Positions 31,665 to 40,501 are shown, numbered from the stretch's first letter. The stretch: 64,000 nucleotides of DNA from Alphaproteobacteria bacterium (GCA_965232515.1 CBDDPY010000002.1:3616001-3680000); one strand, 5' to 3'. Numbers and translations are program-made. The notes: generated by a model from the letters alone, not told the origin.

Positions 31665-31712
31665 GGCGAGGCCATGCTCGGGTCACGCTGTGAGTATGGC
31701 CACGCCTTCTTT
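31665..31712 (+). terminator. Hairpin + U-tract (putative intrinsic terminator)
   Basis: ggcg-a-ggccatgctc...gagtatggcc-a-cgcc followed by ttcttt. Confidence 0.5.
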
Positions 31713-31890
31713 AGTCATTTATATCTCAATGCCGCGTTGACAACACCTGTCTTTATTAAGAAGTTGCAGTCTACCAGTAAGGCGACTGTGGTCGACCACC
31801 AGTCATTCTTAAAGCCGAAATCGACGCTTAAGACCGCTCGACACCCTTAGTGCTGTGACCTGGTGCGAGCAAGACGTCGGGCCGGCCGGC

Positions 31891-32001
31891 TTAGGGGTTG
31901 GCGATCGCGGCAAGACGCCGGCGCAAGATCTCGGCCAGCAGGTAAACACTTCGGTCCGGCCTCGGCTGGATCGCCGCCCTCGTCTGGTCCTCCACGGCCA
32001 T
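31891..32001 (-). CDS. Possible 36-aa peptide MAVEDQTRAAIQPRPDRSVYLLAEILRRRLAAIANP
   Basis: ATG-TAA frame just downstream of the 147-aa cargo ORF; weak RBS. Confidence 0.25.
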   Translation of the reverse strand: MAVEDQTRAAIQPRPDRSVYLLAEILRRRLAAIANP

Positions 32002-32034
32002 CCAGAAACCTGCTCAAGAGACCTCGACGGGCAG

Positions 32035-32478
32035 TCAATAGACGTCTCGAAAAAACTGCAAGATCGCTATCACCAGTAGCCCAAAAGCGGCCGCGGCAGC
32101 AGCCCGTGCAGCTCGCGCGGCGGAACGCGCTGTATCGTGCTGTTCCTCGGCAAGCTGAAGCTGCTTTGCCGCTGTCTCGCGCTGCGCGGCTTCACGCCGG
32201 TCCTCGAGCTCGAGAGCAAAAGCCTCACGGCGGTCCTGCATTCCATCTTCGAACTTGCGCCGCCCAACCTCTCGCCGTTCGGCCACGTTCTCGAGCTCTA
32301 TCCGGTCTCGATGTTGACGGCGGTAGAGCTCGGCTTTGCTCTTCGCAGCACGAGCCGGCGCCCGCTCGTCGCTATCGATATAATAGTGAAGCTCGGCAAG
32401 CGTCAGGTCTGCATAGTTCCCATCTACTTCATCGATAGGGCTTCGTCTGATCTCAAAATCATCGCGTCCACTCGTCAT
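32035..32478 (-). CDS. Hypothetical coiled-coil protein with C-terminal membrane anchor (island cargo)
   Basis: Strong GGAGAGG RBS; E/R-rich helical body ending in AAAAAAFGLLVIAILQFF. Confidence 0.7.
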   Translation of the reverse strand: MTSGRDDFEIRRSPIDEVDGNYADLTLAELHYYIDSDERAPARAAKSKAELYRRQHRDRIELENVAERREVGRRKFEDGMQDRREAFALELEDRREAAQRETAAKQLQLAEEQHDTARSAARAARAAAAAAFGLLVIAILQFFRDVY

Positions 32479-32651
32479 CAATCACCTCTCCGCTTGCCCC
32501 GTCCCTTGCTCCGTAAAATTTTGGCATGGAAACGCAAGCGCCAAAATCCGCGAGATTTGCCCCGTCAAAACGGAGCAAGCGTACGGACAAAGTTCCGGCG
32601 CCGTTTCAGATGGCAAAACCACTAAGTCGTTGGGAATGTTCGGAGAAGGAT

Positions 32652-32728
32652 TGGCGCGCTCGGGAAGATTCGAACTCCCGACCCCCAGATTCGTAGTCTG
32701 GTGCTCTATCCAGCTGAGCTACGAGCGC
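32652..32728 (-). tRNA. tRNA-Arg(ACG)
   Basis: GCGCTCGTAGCTCAGCTGGATAGAGCACCAGACTACGAATCTGGGGGTCGGGAGTTCGAATCTTCCCGAGCGCGCCA: 77 nt, anticodon ACG, encoded CCA. Confidence 0.97.
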
Positions 32729-33026
32729 GCATCCCTTACGTTCCGCGCATCTTTGTCACGGAACCGCAAAGACGAGACTACCTACTGAAAACTTAACGGT
32801 ATGGCAAGATCCGCGTGGCTGAGATGCAACACGAATTGTGTTTGGAATTCGTCGCTTGTCCGCTGTGGGCGGTTTGGCTAATATCACGCCGCCTTAAAAG
32901 ATCAAAAGGTTAGCGTCGTTTTTTCGCACGCCGTTTTGCCGCCTGATGTTTTGTCGCCCAAAGATGAGACCGGCTTGACCCGCGCCACTGACAACGGCTC
33001 CGTAGATTGGGCTGGGGGAACCTATT

Positions 33027-34271
33027 TTGCATAGATCGACACTCGCTCTGTTCAGCGTGGCAGCGCTGCTGTCCGGCTGTTCGTTTGCATCCGATGCCTT
33101 GTGGCCGTCGCTGACCGGCGACGAACCGGCCGGCGAGGCTTCGCAGCAAGTCCCGATTCAACCCAGCGCCGCAGAGGCGAACCAGCAGCCGACGCTGGGT
33201 CCGACGGCGCAGGCGGCACCCGCGCCGCCCGGCCTGCCGGCGCCGCCACCGGCGCTCGGCACGACCAACTTCGCGCCGCAGCCGATCACCAACACGCCGA
33301 CCACCGGCACCTTCGTCGGCCAAAAGGTGGGCCAGTTGCGCGGCGAGCTGCGCCAGCTGCAGGGCCGCCTGAGCCAGCAGAACAGCGAACTGCAGCAGAT
33401 CCGTCAGACCACGACGCAGAACGCGCAGCGTTATCACGGCACCGTCGCCGCCGTCACGGCGCGGCTGCAGCTCGGCACCACGCCCGGCAATCCGGTGCTG
33501 GTCAGCCAGTGGAACGCCGCCCAGGCCGAGCTCGACCGGCTGAACGCCGATATCGCGGCCATGAACTCGCTCGCCAACCTGGTGGCGTCCAATTCGTCGC
33601 TCGCGGCCTACATCCTCGAATCGGCCCGCGCGTCCTACAGCCTGTCGGGCGCCATTGATGAGGATCACCGCCAGCTCGCGATCCTGGAGGACGAGACCAA
33701 CCGCACCGTGGTGCTGGTCGACCGGCTGCTGGCCGAGCTGAACGAAGACGTGTCGCGCCAGACCGCCTATGTCGGCAACGAACGCGCCAACCTGACGACG
33801 CTCTCGAACTCGATCAAGAACGGCGAGCTGTTCGGCAGCAGTCTGCTGGCGCGCGCCTACAGCACCGGCAGCGCCGGTGCGGGCGCGGGCGCCGGTATCG
33901 CCCCGGCCGCGGCGGCGCCGTCGCCGTTCGCGACCTCGTCGACGCCGCGCAGCGGCTTCAGCACCACGGGCCGGCGGCCGCTGGTGGTGATCCGCTTCGA
34001 CCGGCCCGATGTGCCCTACGAGCAGGCGCTTTACACCGCGGTGTCGCGTACGCTCGACCGCCGTCCGGACGCCCAGTTCGATCTGGTCGCGGTGGTGCCG
34101 GCGGTCGGCACCGCGTCCGAGGTCGCCGCGACCCAGTCACAGTCCAAGCGCAACGCCAACCGGGTGCTGCGCACGCTGACCGACATGGGCCTGCCGGCCA
34201 GCCGCGTGTCGCTGGCGTCCACTACCAGCCCGAACGCGTCCTCCAGCGAGGTGCACATCTACCTCCGCTGA
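33027..34271 (+). CDS. Hypothetical lipoprotein (Pro-rich linker, coiled coil, possible OmpA-like C-terminal fold)
   Basis: Lipobox LSGC; Q-rich coiled coil; C-terminal LVVIRFD...ANRVLRTLTDMGLPASRV. Confidence 0.8.
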   Translation: MHRSTLALFSVAALLSGCSFASDALWPSLTGDEPAGEASQQVPIQPSAAEANQQPTLGPTAQAAPAPPGLPAPPPALGTTNFAPQPITNTPTTGTFVGQKVGQLRGELRQLQGRLSQQNSELQQIRQTTTQNAQRYHGTVAAVTARLQLGTTPGNPVLVSQWNAAQAELDRLNADIAAMNSLANLVASNSSLAAYILESARASYSLSGAIDEDHRQLAILEDETNRTVVLVDRLLAELNEDVSRQTAYVGNERANLTTLSNSIKNGELFGSSLLARAYSTGSAGAGAGAGIAPAAAAPSPFATSSTPRSGFSTTGRRPLVVIRFDRPDVPYEQALYTAVSRTLDRRPDAQFDLVAVVPAVGTASEVAATQSQSKRNANRVLRTLTDMGLPASRVSLASTTSPNASSSEVHIYLR

Positions 34272-34298
34272 CGGCCGCCGCTGTCACCTGAACAAACG

Positions 34299-34339
34299 AA
34301 ACCCCGCCGCCCGCGTGCAAGCGGACGGCGGGGTATTTT
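34299..34339 (+). terminator. Intrinsic terminator
   Basis: aaaccccgccg...cggcggggt followed by atttt. Confidence 0.7.
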
Positions 34340-34356
34340 GTTGGATGCGAGCTTTG

Positions 34357-34481
34357 CCCTCACCCCAACCCTCTCCCGCAAGCGGGAGAGGGAGCTGCTA
34401 TTGCCGCGGTTTGTAACCCCTCTCCCGCACGCGGGAGAGGGAGGGACCCAATCAGCGCTAGCTGGTTGGGAGGGTGAGGGC
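34357..34481. repeat. Pair of CCCTCTCCCGC-NN-GCGGGAGAGGG palindromes flanked by CCCTCACCC / GGGTGAGGG (second REP-like family)
   Basis: Palindromes at 34369-34392 and 34418-34441 in a convergent intergenic region. Confidence 0.8.
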
Positions 34482-34498
34482 CGACGCCAGTAGCCGGC

Positions 34499-35980
34499 TT
34501 AGCTCTCCCAGCGCATGGTCGCGACTTCGTTGATGAAGGCGGGCCAGTTGTTCCAGAGGCCGGTCAGGCCTTTCTTGGCGACGCCCAGCTTCGACAGCTC
34601 GTACATGAAGCCGTTGACCGCGTCTTCCGCCAGCTTGCGCTGCGCGGCCTGCAGATACTTGGTCTGCTCGTCGACCGTGGTGGCGCTGTCGGCCTTGGCC
34701 AGGATCGCGCGGAACTCGGCGCTGTCGTAGTTGAAGTAATAGTTCTCGCGCGCGTAGATGCCGAGGTCCATGGGCTCGACATGGCTGATGATGGTCAGGT
34801 CGTACTGCTTGTTCTTGTAGACCTGATCCAGCCAGACCGGCCATTCGACATTCTCGATCTTGGTGGCGATGCCGACCTTGCCGAGCATGTCGGCGACGAT
34901 CTCGCCGCCACGCCGGGCGTAGGAGGGCGGCGGCAGCTTCAACGACAGCTCCAGCCCATCGCCATAGCCGGCCTCGGCCAGCAATGCCTTGGCCTTCTCC
35001 GGATCGTAGGCCGACATCGCGGTCAGATCGACATAGGCCGGATGGTGCGGCGCGAAGTGCGTGCCGATGGGCGTGCCGTAGCCGCCGGACGCGCCCTCGA
35101 TCACGGCCTCGCGGTCGACGGCGTGCATGATCGCGCGGCGCACCCGCACATCCGATAGCGCCTCGCTGCCGTTGTTCATGGCGATGATGGTCTCGCCCTC
35201 GGTCGTACCTTGGAGGGTGTTGAATTCCGGATGGGTCTCGAACTGGCCGAACATCTCGGACGCGCTCAACGCCGGCATGTAGTCGAGGTCGCCGGCCAGC
35301 AGGGCCGCGACCTGCGCCGCCGAGTCATTGATGAAGCGGAAAGTCGCCCGTTCCATCTGCACATCAGCGGCGTTGCGGTGGTCGGCGAACTTGACCATGG
35401 TCACCGAGTCGCCCTTGACCCACTTGTCGAACTTGTAGGGGCCGGTGCCGACCGGATTGGTCTCGTTGCTGGCGGCCGTCTCCGGCGCGACGATGGCCGA
35501 GACCGCCTGGGCCAGATCGAAGGTCAGCAGGCTGTAGGGCGCGTCCAGCGTGATCTGTACGGTGTGCGAATCCGGCGCCGAGATCGAGATCATCTTCTCG
35601 AACGTCTTCTTGCGCTTGTTCTTGCTGTCCGGGCCCTTGTTGCGCTCGAAGGTAAAGACCACGTCCTCCGCGTCGAAATCGCTGCCGTCGTGGAACTTCA
35701 CGCCCTTGGCGAGCTTGAAGGTATAGCTCAGGCCGTCATCGGAGATGGTCCAGCTCTCGGCCAGCATGGGGTGCACCTTGCCGGTGTTGTCGAGCTTGGT
35801 CAGCGTTTCGAAGATGTTGTAGGTGGTGACCTGGCTGATCGCGGCCGCCGCGCCCGTGGTCGGGTCCAGCGCCGGCGGCTCCAGCCGCATGCCGATGGTT
35901 ACGGTCTTGCCGGCGGCCTGCGCCGCGATCGGCAGCGCGAATGCCGCGGCCACCGCCACGGTCATGAGAATACGCCTCAT
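34499..35980 (-). CDS. ABC transporter substrate-binding protein, family 5 (peptide/nickel)
   Basis: Signal peptide; LDP, LAESW..SDDGLSYTFKL..GVKFHDGS, PVGTGPYKF, VRRAI.HAVDRE; no permease genes adjacent. Confidence 0.92.
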   Translation of the reverse strand: MRRILMTVAVAAAFALPIAAQAAGKTVTIGMRLEPPALDPTTGAAAAISQVTTYNIFETLTKLDNTGKVHPMLAESWTISDDGLSYTFKLAKGVKFHDGSDFDAEDVVFTFERNKGPDSKNKRKKTFEKMISISAPDSHTVQITLDAPYSLLTFDLAQAVSAIVAPETAASNETNPVGTGPYKFDKWVKGDSVTMVKFADHRNAADVQMERATFRFINDSAAQVAALLAGDLDYMPALSASEMFGQFETHPEFNTLQGTTEGETIIAMNNGSEALSDVRVRRAIMHAVDREAVIEGASGGYGTPIGTHFAPHHPAYVDLTAMSAYDPEKAKALLAEAGYGDGLELSLKLPPPSYARRGGEIVADMLGKVGIATKIENVEWPVWLDQVYKNKQYDLTIISHVEPMDLGIYARENYYFNYDSAEFRAILAKADSATTVDEQTKYLQAAQRKLAEDAVNGFMYELSKLGVAKKGLTGLWNNWPAFINEVATMRWES

Positions 35981-36011
35981 CGTCCTAGTCCTCCCTTTGG
36001 CGCCGGCCGTC

Positions 36012-37010
36012 TTACCCGGCATGGACGGTTCGATAGCTTGGAATCTCGCCTAAATCCTCGGCCGCGTAAACCGCGCGCGCGACGGCCCGGGCGACGCAGT
36101 CGGCGGCGATCATGCCGATACGCGCGATTTCGCCTTCCGCCGCCGCCCTCGGCGGCCGCGCGCCCGTCGCCACCACGAACAGGCAATCGCCGTCGAAGGG
36201 CGTGTGCACCGGCCGGATCGCCCGGGCGAGACCGTCATGCGCCATCACCGCGACGCGCTTCGCCTCGGCCTTGCTGAGCTCGGCATTCACCGCCACCGCG
36301 CCGATCGTGGTATGCGCCTGCAGCCGGGCTTCCGACGGCATTTCCAGCTCGGCCGGGCCGTAGCCGGCGGGCGGCCGGCGGCCGCCGAATTCACCGTTCT
36401 GCTCCAGCGGCCAGGCCCAGAAGGCATCGCAGCCCGGCATCACGACCGAACCGGTCGGATTGGCCGCGATCAGCGCCCCCACCGCCAGGCCATCATCGTC
36501 AATCGCCGATGCGCTGCCGAGCCCGCCCTTCAGGTTGCCGGCGCGCGCGCCCAGGCCGGCGCCGACATTGCCGAGCGCGAAATCGGTCGCGGCATTGTCC
36601 GCCGCCCGCCGGCCGAGTTCGCGGTAGGGCGGATCCGCGCCCCAGTTCTTGTCGCCGCCACTCGCCATATCGAACAGGATCGCGCCCGGCACGATCGGCA
36701 TGCGCCAGGCGCCGACGGCGAAGCCGCGCTTGCGCTCGGCCAGCCAGGAAACGACGCCGTCGCCGGCGGCAAGCCCGAAGACCGACCCGCCGCTCAAGAC
36801 GATGGCGTCGACCCGGTCGACCTTGTTGTCGGCGCGCAGCAGCTCGGTCTCGCGCGTGCCCGGCGCGCCGCCGCGCACGTCGACCGCCGCCACCGCCCGT
36901 TCGTCCGGCAGCAGTACCGTGCTGCCCGTATGCGCGGCAGGGTCCTCGGCATTGCCGACCCGGATTCCGGACACGTCGGTGATCAGATTGCGGGGGCCCG
37001 GCCGGATCAT
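36012..37010 (-). CDS. P1/S58 family peptidase (DmpA-like)
   Basis: ITDVSGIRVG, DVRGGAPGTRET, LSGGSVFGL, GNVGAG, HTPFDGD motifs. Confidence 0.9.
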   Translation of the reverse strand: MIRPGPRNLITDVSGIRVGNAEDPAAHTGSTVLLPDERAVAAVDVRGGAPGTRETELLRADNKVDRVDAIVLSGGSVFGLAAGDGVVSWLAERKRGFAVGAWRMPIVPGAILFDMASGGDKNWGADPPYRELGRRAADNAATDFALGNVGAGLGARAGNLKGGLGSASAIDDDGLAVGALIAANPTGSVVMPGCDAFWAWPLEQNGEFGGRRPPAGYGPAELEMPSEARLQAHTTIGAVAVNAELSKAEAKRVAVMAHDGLARAIRPVHTPFDGDCLFVVATGARPPRAAAEGEIARIGMIAADCVARAVARAVYAAEDLGEIPSYRTVHAG

Positions 37011-37735
37011 GTGGCGATCCCGACCTCGGCGCCGAGGTCCAGGTTCAACACATCGGCGGCGCGGCCGCGATTGACGGCGATCTCGGCCAAGCCGTTGGCG
37101 TTTTCGTACCAGAAGGCCGTGCCCTCGGGCACGTCGGAGAAGATCCGCGCCCGCTGCAGCCGCCGACCGGCGACCTCGAGCAGCGCATCGGCCGGCACCT
37201 CCGACGCGCGCAGGCCGGTCATGGCGTTGCCGAAGCGGTCGAAGTAGACGATTTCCGCCAGATCGTCCGGCCAGTCCGGCCGGTCGAGCGCCGACGCCGG
37301 CTGTGGCGGTTCGGTGGGGGTCTGCCCGCAAGCCAGCCGCGCGGCTGTCGGCGCGAACAGATCGCGGCCGTGGAACGAGGCCGACAGACGGTCCGGCCGC
37401 CAGTCGATCGGCCACCAGCGCACGTCGACGGCCCGCCGCGCGATCATCGCGAACAGCCCGTTCTCCGGACCGACAAACCAATGGCCGTCGGCCATGACCA
37501 TGGCCGGCGTGCGGTCGCCGCCGACGCCCGGATCGACCACACACAGGAAGACGGCGTCGGCCGGAAACCCGGCCGCATAGGCCGGCAGCAGATAGGCGGC
37601 CGCCCGGGGATCGTGCGTCGGCGCATCGGCGAAGAGATCGATCACCGGCACGCCGGGCGCACCGGCCTGCAACACCGCCTTCATCTGGCCCACGTAAGGT
37701 CCTTCCAGCCCGAAATCTGTGAACAAGACGATCAT
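37007..37735 (-). CDS. SAM hydrolase / SAM hydroxide adenosyltransferase (DUF62, chlorinase/fluorinase family)
   Basis: LFTDFG, VVDPGVG, GPENG, SASFHGRDLFAP, DRFGNA motifs. Confidence 0.9.
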   Translation of the reverse strand: MIVLFTDFGLEGPYVGQMKAVLQAGAPGVPVIDLFADAPTHDPRAAAYLLPAYAAGFPADAVFLCVVDPGVGGDRTPAMVMADGHWFVGPENGLFAMIARRAVDVRWWPIDWRPDRLSASFHGRDLFAPTAARLACGQTPTEPPQPASALDRPDWPDDLAEIVYFDRFGNAMTGLRASEVPADALLEVAGRRLQRARIFSDVPEGTAFWYENANGLAEIAVNRGRAADVLNLDLGAEVGIAT

Positions 37736-37751
37736 TTCGGCGGCGCGGCGG

Positions 37752-38522
37752 TCAAGCGCCGGCAATCGCGATCATGAACAGGCGGCGGAACGGGAACAGC
37801 GTGCGGCCGTCGGACTGCGGCGGATAGGCCGCCGCGATGCGGCCGGCATAGTCTGCCTCGAAATCGGCGCGCTGGTCGGCCGGCAGCGCATCCAGCAACG
37901 GCTTCAACGCCGAGCCGCGCGTGAACTCGACCACCGGATTGTCGCCGTCCAGCACCTGGATGTAGTCGACCTCCCAGATGTCGAGGACGGCGCAGTGCGG
38001 CCGCAGGATGTCGTAGTAGACCGCCGGCGCGGCCACAGGCGACGCGCGCAGCAATGGCCGCAACGTCTCGGCCCAGGGCCCGGCCTCGGCCGCGGCGACC
38101 ATCTCGGTATGCGACGGCGCGCCGTGATTACGCGGCATCTGCACCGCCAGCACCCCGTTCGGCGCCAGCATGCCCAGCAGGCGCGGAAACAGCCCGGCAT
38201 GGTTGTCGAGCCAGTGCAGCGCGGCGTTGCTGTAGATCACGTCGACCGCCGCGGCCGGCCGCCAGTCGGCCACGTCGATCTGCTCGAACCGGGTGTCGGG
38301 CAGAACCTTGGCCGCCTTCGACAGCATCTCCGGCGAGGAGTCGACCCCCGTCAGGTCGGCCGCCGGCCAGCGCTCGCGCAACAGCGCCGTGACGTTGCCG
38401 GGCCCGCAACCGAGATCGTAGACGACGGCCGGATTCCCGGCCGGCACGCGCGCCAGCAACTCGGCCGCCGGCCGCAGCCGCAGGTCGGCGAAGCTCAGGT
38501 ATTTCTCGGGGTCCCAGGCCAT
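37752..38522 (-). CDS. tam: Trans-aconitate 2-methyltransferase
   Basis: WDPEKYL.F...RLRPA, DLGCGPGN, SNAALHWL, TLFPFRRLF motifs. Confidence 0.9.
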   Translation of the reverse strand: MAWDPEKYLSFADLRLRPAAELLARVPAGNPAVVYDLGCGPGNVTALLRERWPAADLTGVDSSPEMLSKAAKVLPDTRFEQIDVADWRPAAAVDVIYSNAALHWLDNHAGLFPRLLGMLAPNGVLAVQMPRNHGAPSHTEMVAAAEAGPWAETLRPLLRASPVAAPAVYYDILRPHCAVLDIWEVDYIQVLDGDNPVVEFTRGSALKPLLDALPADQRADFEADYAGRIAAAYPPQSDGRTLFPFRRLFMIAIAGA

Positions 38523-38555
38523 GGCGCGCGATTGTGGCGCGCGCCGCCGCGCATA

Positions 38556-38933
38556 TCAATCCTGGGAGAACAGGCGCTCCCAGACCGGCCGTTTCTCCGC
38601 ACCGGCGGCGACGCCGGTCTCGCCGGCATTGACCCACATCTCGCGACTTTCCTGCTCTTCTACGGTCGGTCCAGTGGACCGCCGGCCGCCCGGGTCGGGC
38701 ACGTCGTAACATTCGACGTCGCCAAGGGTGTTGTAGCAATAGACCGGCGGCGGCGCGCCGACGGAACGCTTGTTGCAAACCGCCTCGCCGAACAGCAGGT
38801 TCTTGGCCGCGCAGTCCGCCTCGGCATAGGCCGATAAGGTTTCGTCAACCACGTTTTCGACCACGACGGACGTGCAACTGGTCGAACCGACCATAACCAG
38901 CACGGCAAAGGCAAACAAACGGCCCCCAGGCAT
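38556..38933 (-). CDS. Small Cys-rich hypothetical (lipo)protein
   Basis: Hydrophobic N-terminus + STSC; C...C...VYCYNTLGDVECY. Confidence 0.65.
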   Translation of the reverse strand: MPGGRLFAFAVLVMVGSTSCTSVVVENVVDETLSAYAEADCAAKNLLFGEAVCNKRSVGAPPPVYCYNTLGDVECYDVPDPGGRRSTGPTVEEQESREMWVNAGETGVAAGAEKRPVWERLFSQD

Positions 38934-38996
38934 CGCGAGCGGCTCCGCTTCGAGAAAAGATTGGCCAGAAACCAAGCTATTCTGGCGTTGGGCGCC

Positions 38997-39012
38997 CTAA
39001 TGACGGGTTAAC
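38997..39012. promoter_or_regulatory. CtrA-like site CTAA-N7-TTAAC
   Basis: One mismatch to TTAA-N7-TTAAC, upstream of the Cys-rich lipoprotein gene. Confidence 0.45.
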
Positions 39013-39013
39013 A

Positions 39014-40438
39014 TCATCCAGCCTGCCGCGCCGGTTGGCTGGCAGCCGCGGCGCCTGGCAGATGAATCCGGAAGGTGGTGCCGCTGGCGTCGCTTTTCGC
39101 CAGCGCCAGATCGCCGCCATGCGCCTGCACCAGCTCGCGGGCGATCACCAGGCCCAGGCCGATACCCCCCGCCCGAGCCGAACCGGCAAAGGGCTGGAAC
39201 AGGTTTTCCTTCGACTTCTCCGGCAGTCCCGGGCCGGTATCCACGACCTCGATGATGACATCAGTGCCGTCGCTCTTTGCCCGGATGCAGACCTCGCCCG
39301 TCGTCTGCATCGCTTCCACGGCATTGCGGCCGAGGTTCAGCAGCACCCGGAACAGGTGCTCCCTGTCGGCGTCGACGGCGAAGTCGCCGACCACCTCGTT
39401 GCACCATTGCACGTGCCCGTCCGGCGGCAGGCCGACATGCGCGGCGACGTCGTCGATCAACTCGGCCAGCACGAAGGTCCGACGGTTCGGCGGGCTCTCA
39501 TCGGCCCGCCCGAAATTGAGCGTCTGCGTACACAGACCGATGGCCCGGTCGATCGCCCCGATCAGGGTCGGCGTCACCCGGCGGACCTCGGGATCGTCGC
39601 TGCCGCTCAGCCGGTCCGAGACCAGATGCGCCGTCGCCAGCATGTTGCGCAGATCGTGGTTGATCTTGCTGACGGCCGAGCCGAGCGCCGCCAGCCGGGT
39701 CTTCTGCTTCAACGCCGTCCTGAGATCGCCCTGCATGGTCGCCAGCTCGCGCTGCGCCGTGCCGATCTCGTCGCCGCGCGTGCTTTGGGCGATGACGCTG
39801 CTGCCGGCCTCGGGCGCCTTGCGGAACGCCACCATGCTTTCGGTGATCCGGCGCATCGGCCGGACCATCAGGATATGCAGAGACAGATAAACCAAGGATG
39901 CCGTCAGCAGCGAGATCACGATCGACAGATTCAGGATGTTGACGGAGTATTCGATCATGGCCGCGCGCAACGGCCCCTCGTCCATCACCACCTCGATGAA
40001 GCCCTCGCCCTCCGGCACGTGGCCGACGACGCGGATCACGCGCTCGCCTTCCAACAGTGCCTCGAAGGCATCCACGATCAGGCCCATGGGCTCGGCGCCA
40101 CGCATGTCGAAGGTGGCGTCGATCGTCGGCGGCATTTCCTCGCCCAGCATCAGGGTGCGGAATTCCGGCCGCTTCAGCACGATCATGTGCACATCGGCAT
40201 TCTTCAACAGCTCGCCCTCGAGCTCGGCGCTGACCATGTAGTCCGGCGTCGCCTTCAGGGCCAACGAGGCGAGAAAGGCGGAGTCGAGCTGCGCATCGAA
40301 GTAGGTCATGCGGAAACGCGCGATCGACGGCACGTAGATCAGCACTTCGCTCAGCATGACGAAGAAGATCGTCAACACCAGCAGCCGCGACGACAGGCCG
40401 GTGGTCCATGACGGCAACGCGTGGCGCTCCCCACTCAT
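39014..40438 (-). CDS. Orphan HAMP-domain sensor histidine kinase
   Basis: 2 TM, HAMP (GDEIG), H-box HDLRN, N-box NLGRNA, DTGPG, GIGLGL. Confidence 0.92.
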   Translation of the reverse strand: MSGERHALPSWTTGLSSRLLVLTIFFVMLSEVLIYVPSIARFRMTYFDAQLDSAFLASLALKATPDYMVSAELEGELLKNADVHMIVLKRPEFRTLMLGEEMPPTIDATFDMRGAEPMGLIVDAFEALLEGERVIRVVGHVPEGEGFIEVVMDEGPLRAAMIEYSVNILNLSIVISLLTASLVYLSLHILMVRPMRRITESMVAFRKAPEAGSSVIAQSTRGDEIGTAQRELATMQGDLRTALKQKTRLAALGSAVSKINHDLRNMLATAHLVSDRLSGSDDPEVRRVTPTLIGAIDRAIGLCTQTLNFGRADESPPNRRTFVLAELIDDVAAHVGLPPDGHVQWCNEVVGDFAVDADREHLFRVLLNLGRNAVEAMQTTGEVCIRAKSDGTDVIIEVVDTGPGLPEKSKENLFQPFAGSARAGGIGLGLVIARELVQAHGGDLALAKSDASGTTFRIHLPGAAAASQPARQAG

Positions 40439-40501
40439 GCCGCAAACAATAGCCTGAAAAGGCTTGCGAATTAAGGCTTTAACCCGAATTCACAGGCACG
40501 T

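Larger units (their letters stand above)
31281..32696. mobile_element. Integrase-less mini integrative element (1365-bp unit) at tRNA-Arg
   Basis: Flanking 51-bp direct repeats, AT-richer interior, YTTGYYCCGT arm-like repeats at both ends, IHF consensus at 31352-31364; no recombinase ORF inside. Confidence 0.8.

Noticed and set aside
37007-37735. True fluorinase/chlorinase of a halometabolite cluster
   Set aside because: The FHGRD motif fits the widespread SAM hydrolase branch, and no biosynthetic cluster is nearby.
40471-40484. CtrA site upstream of the histidine kinase
   Set aside because: The TTAA half-sites are not 7 bp apart; only a TTAACC half-site is supported.
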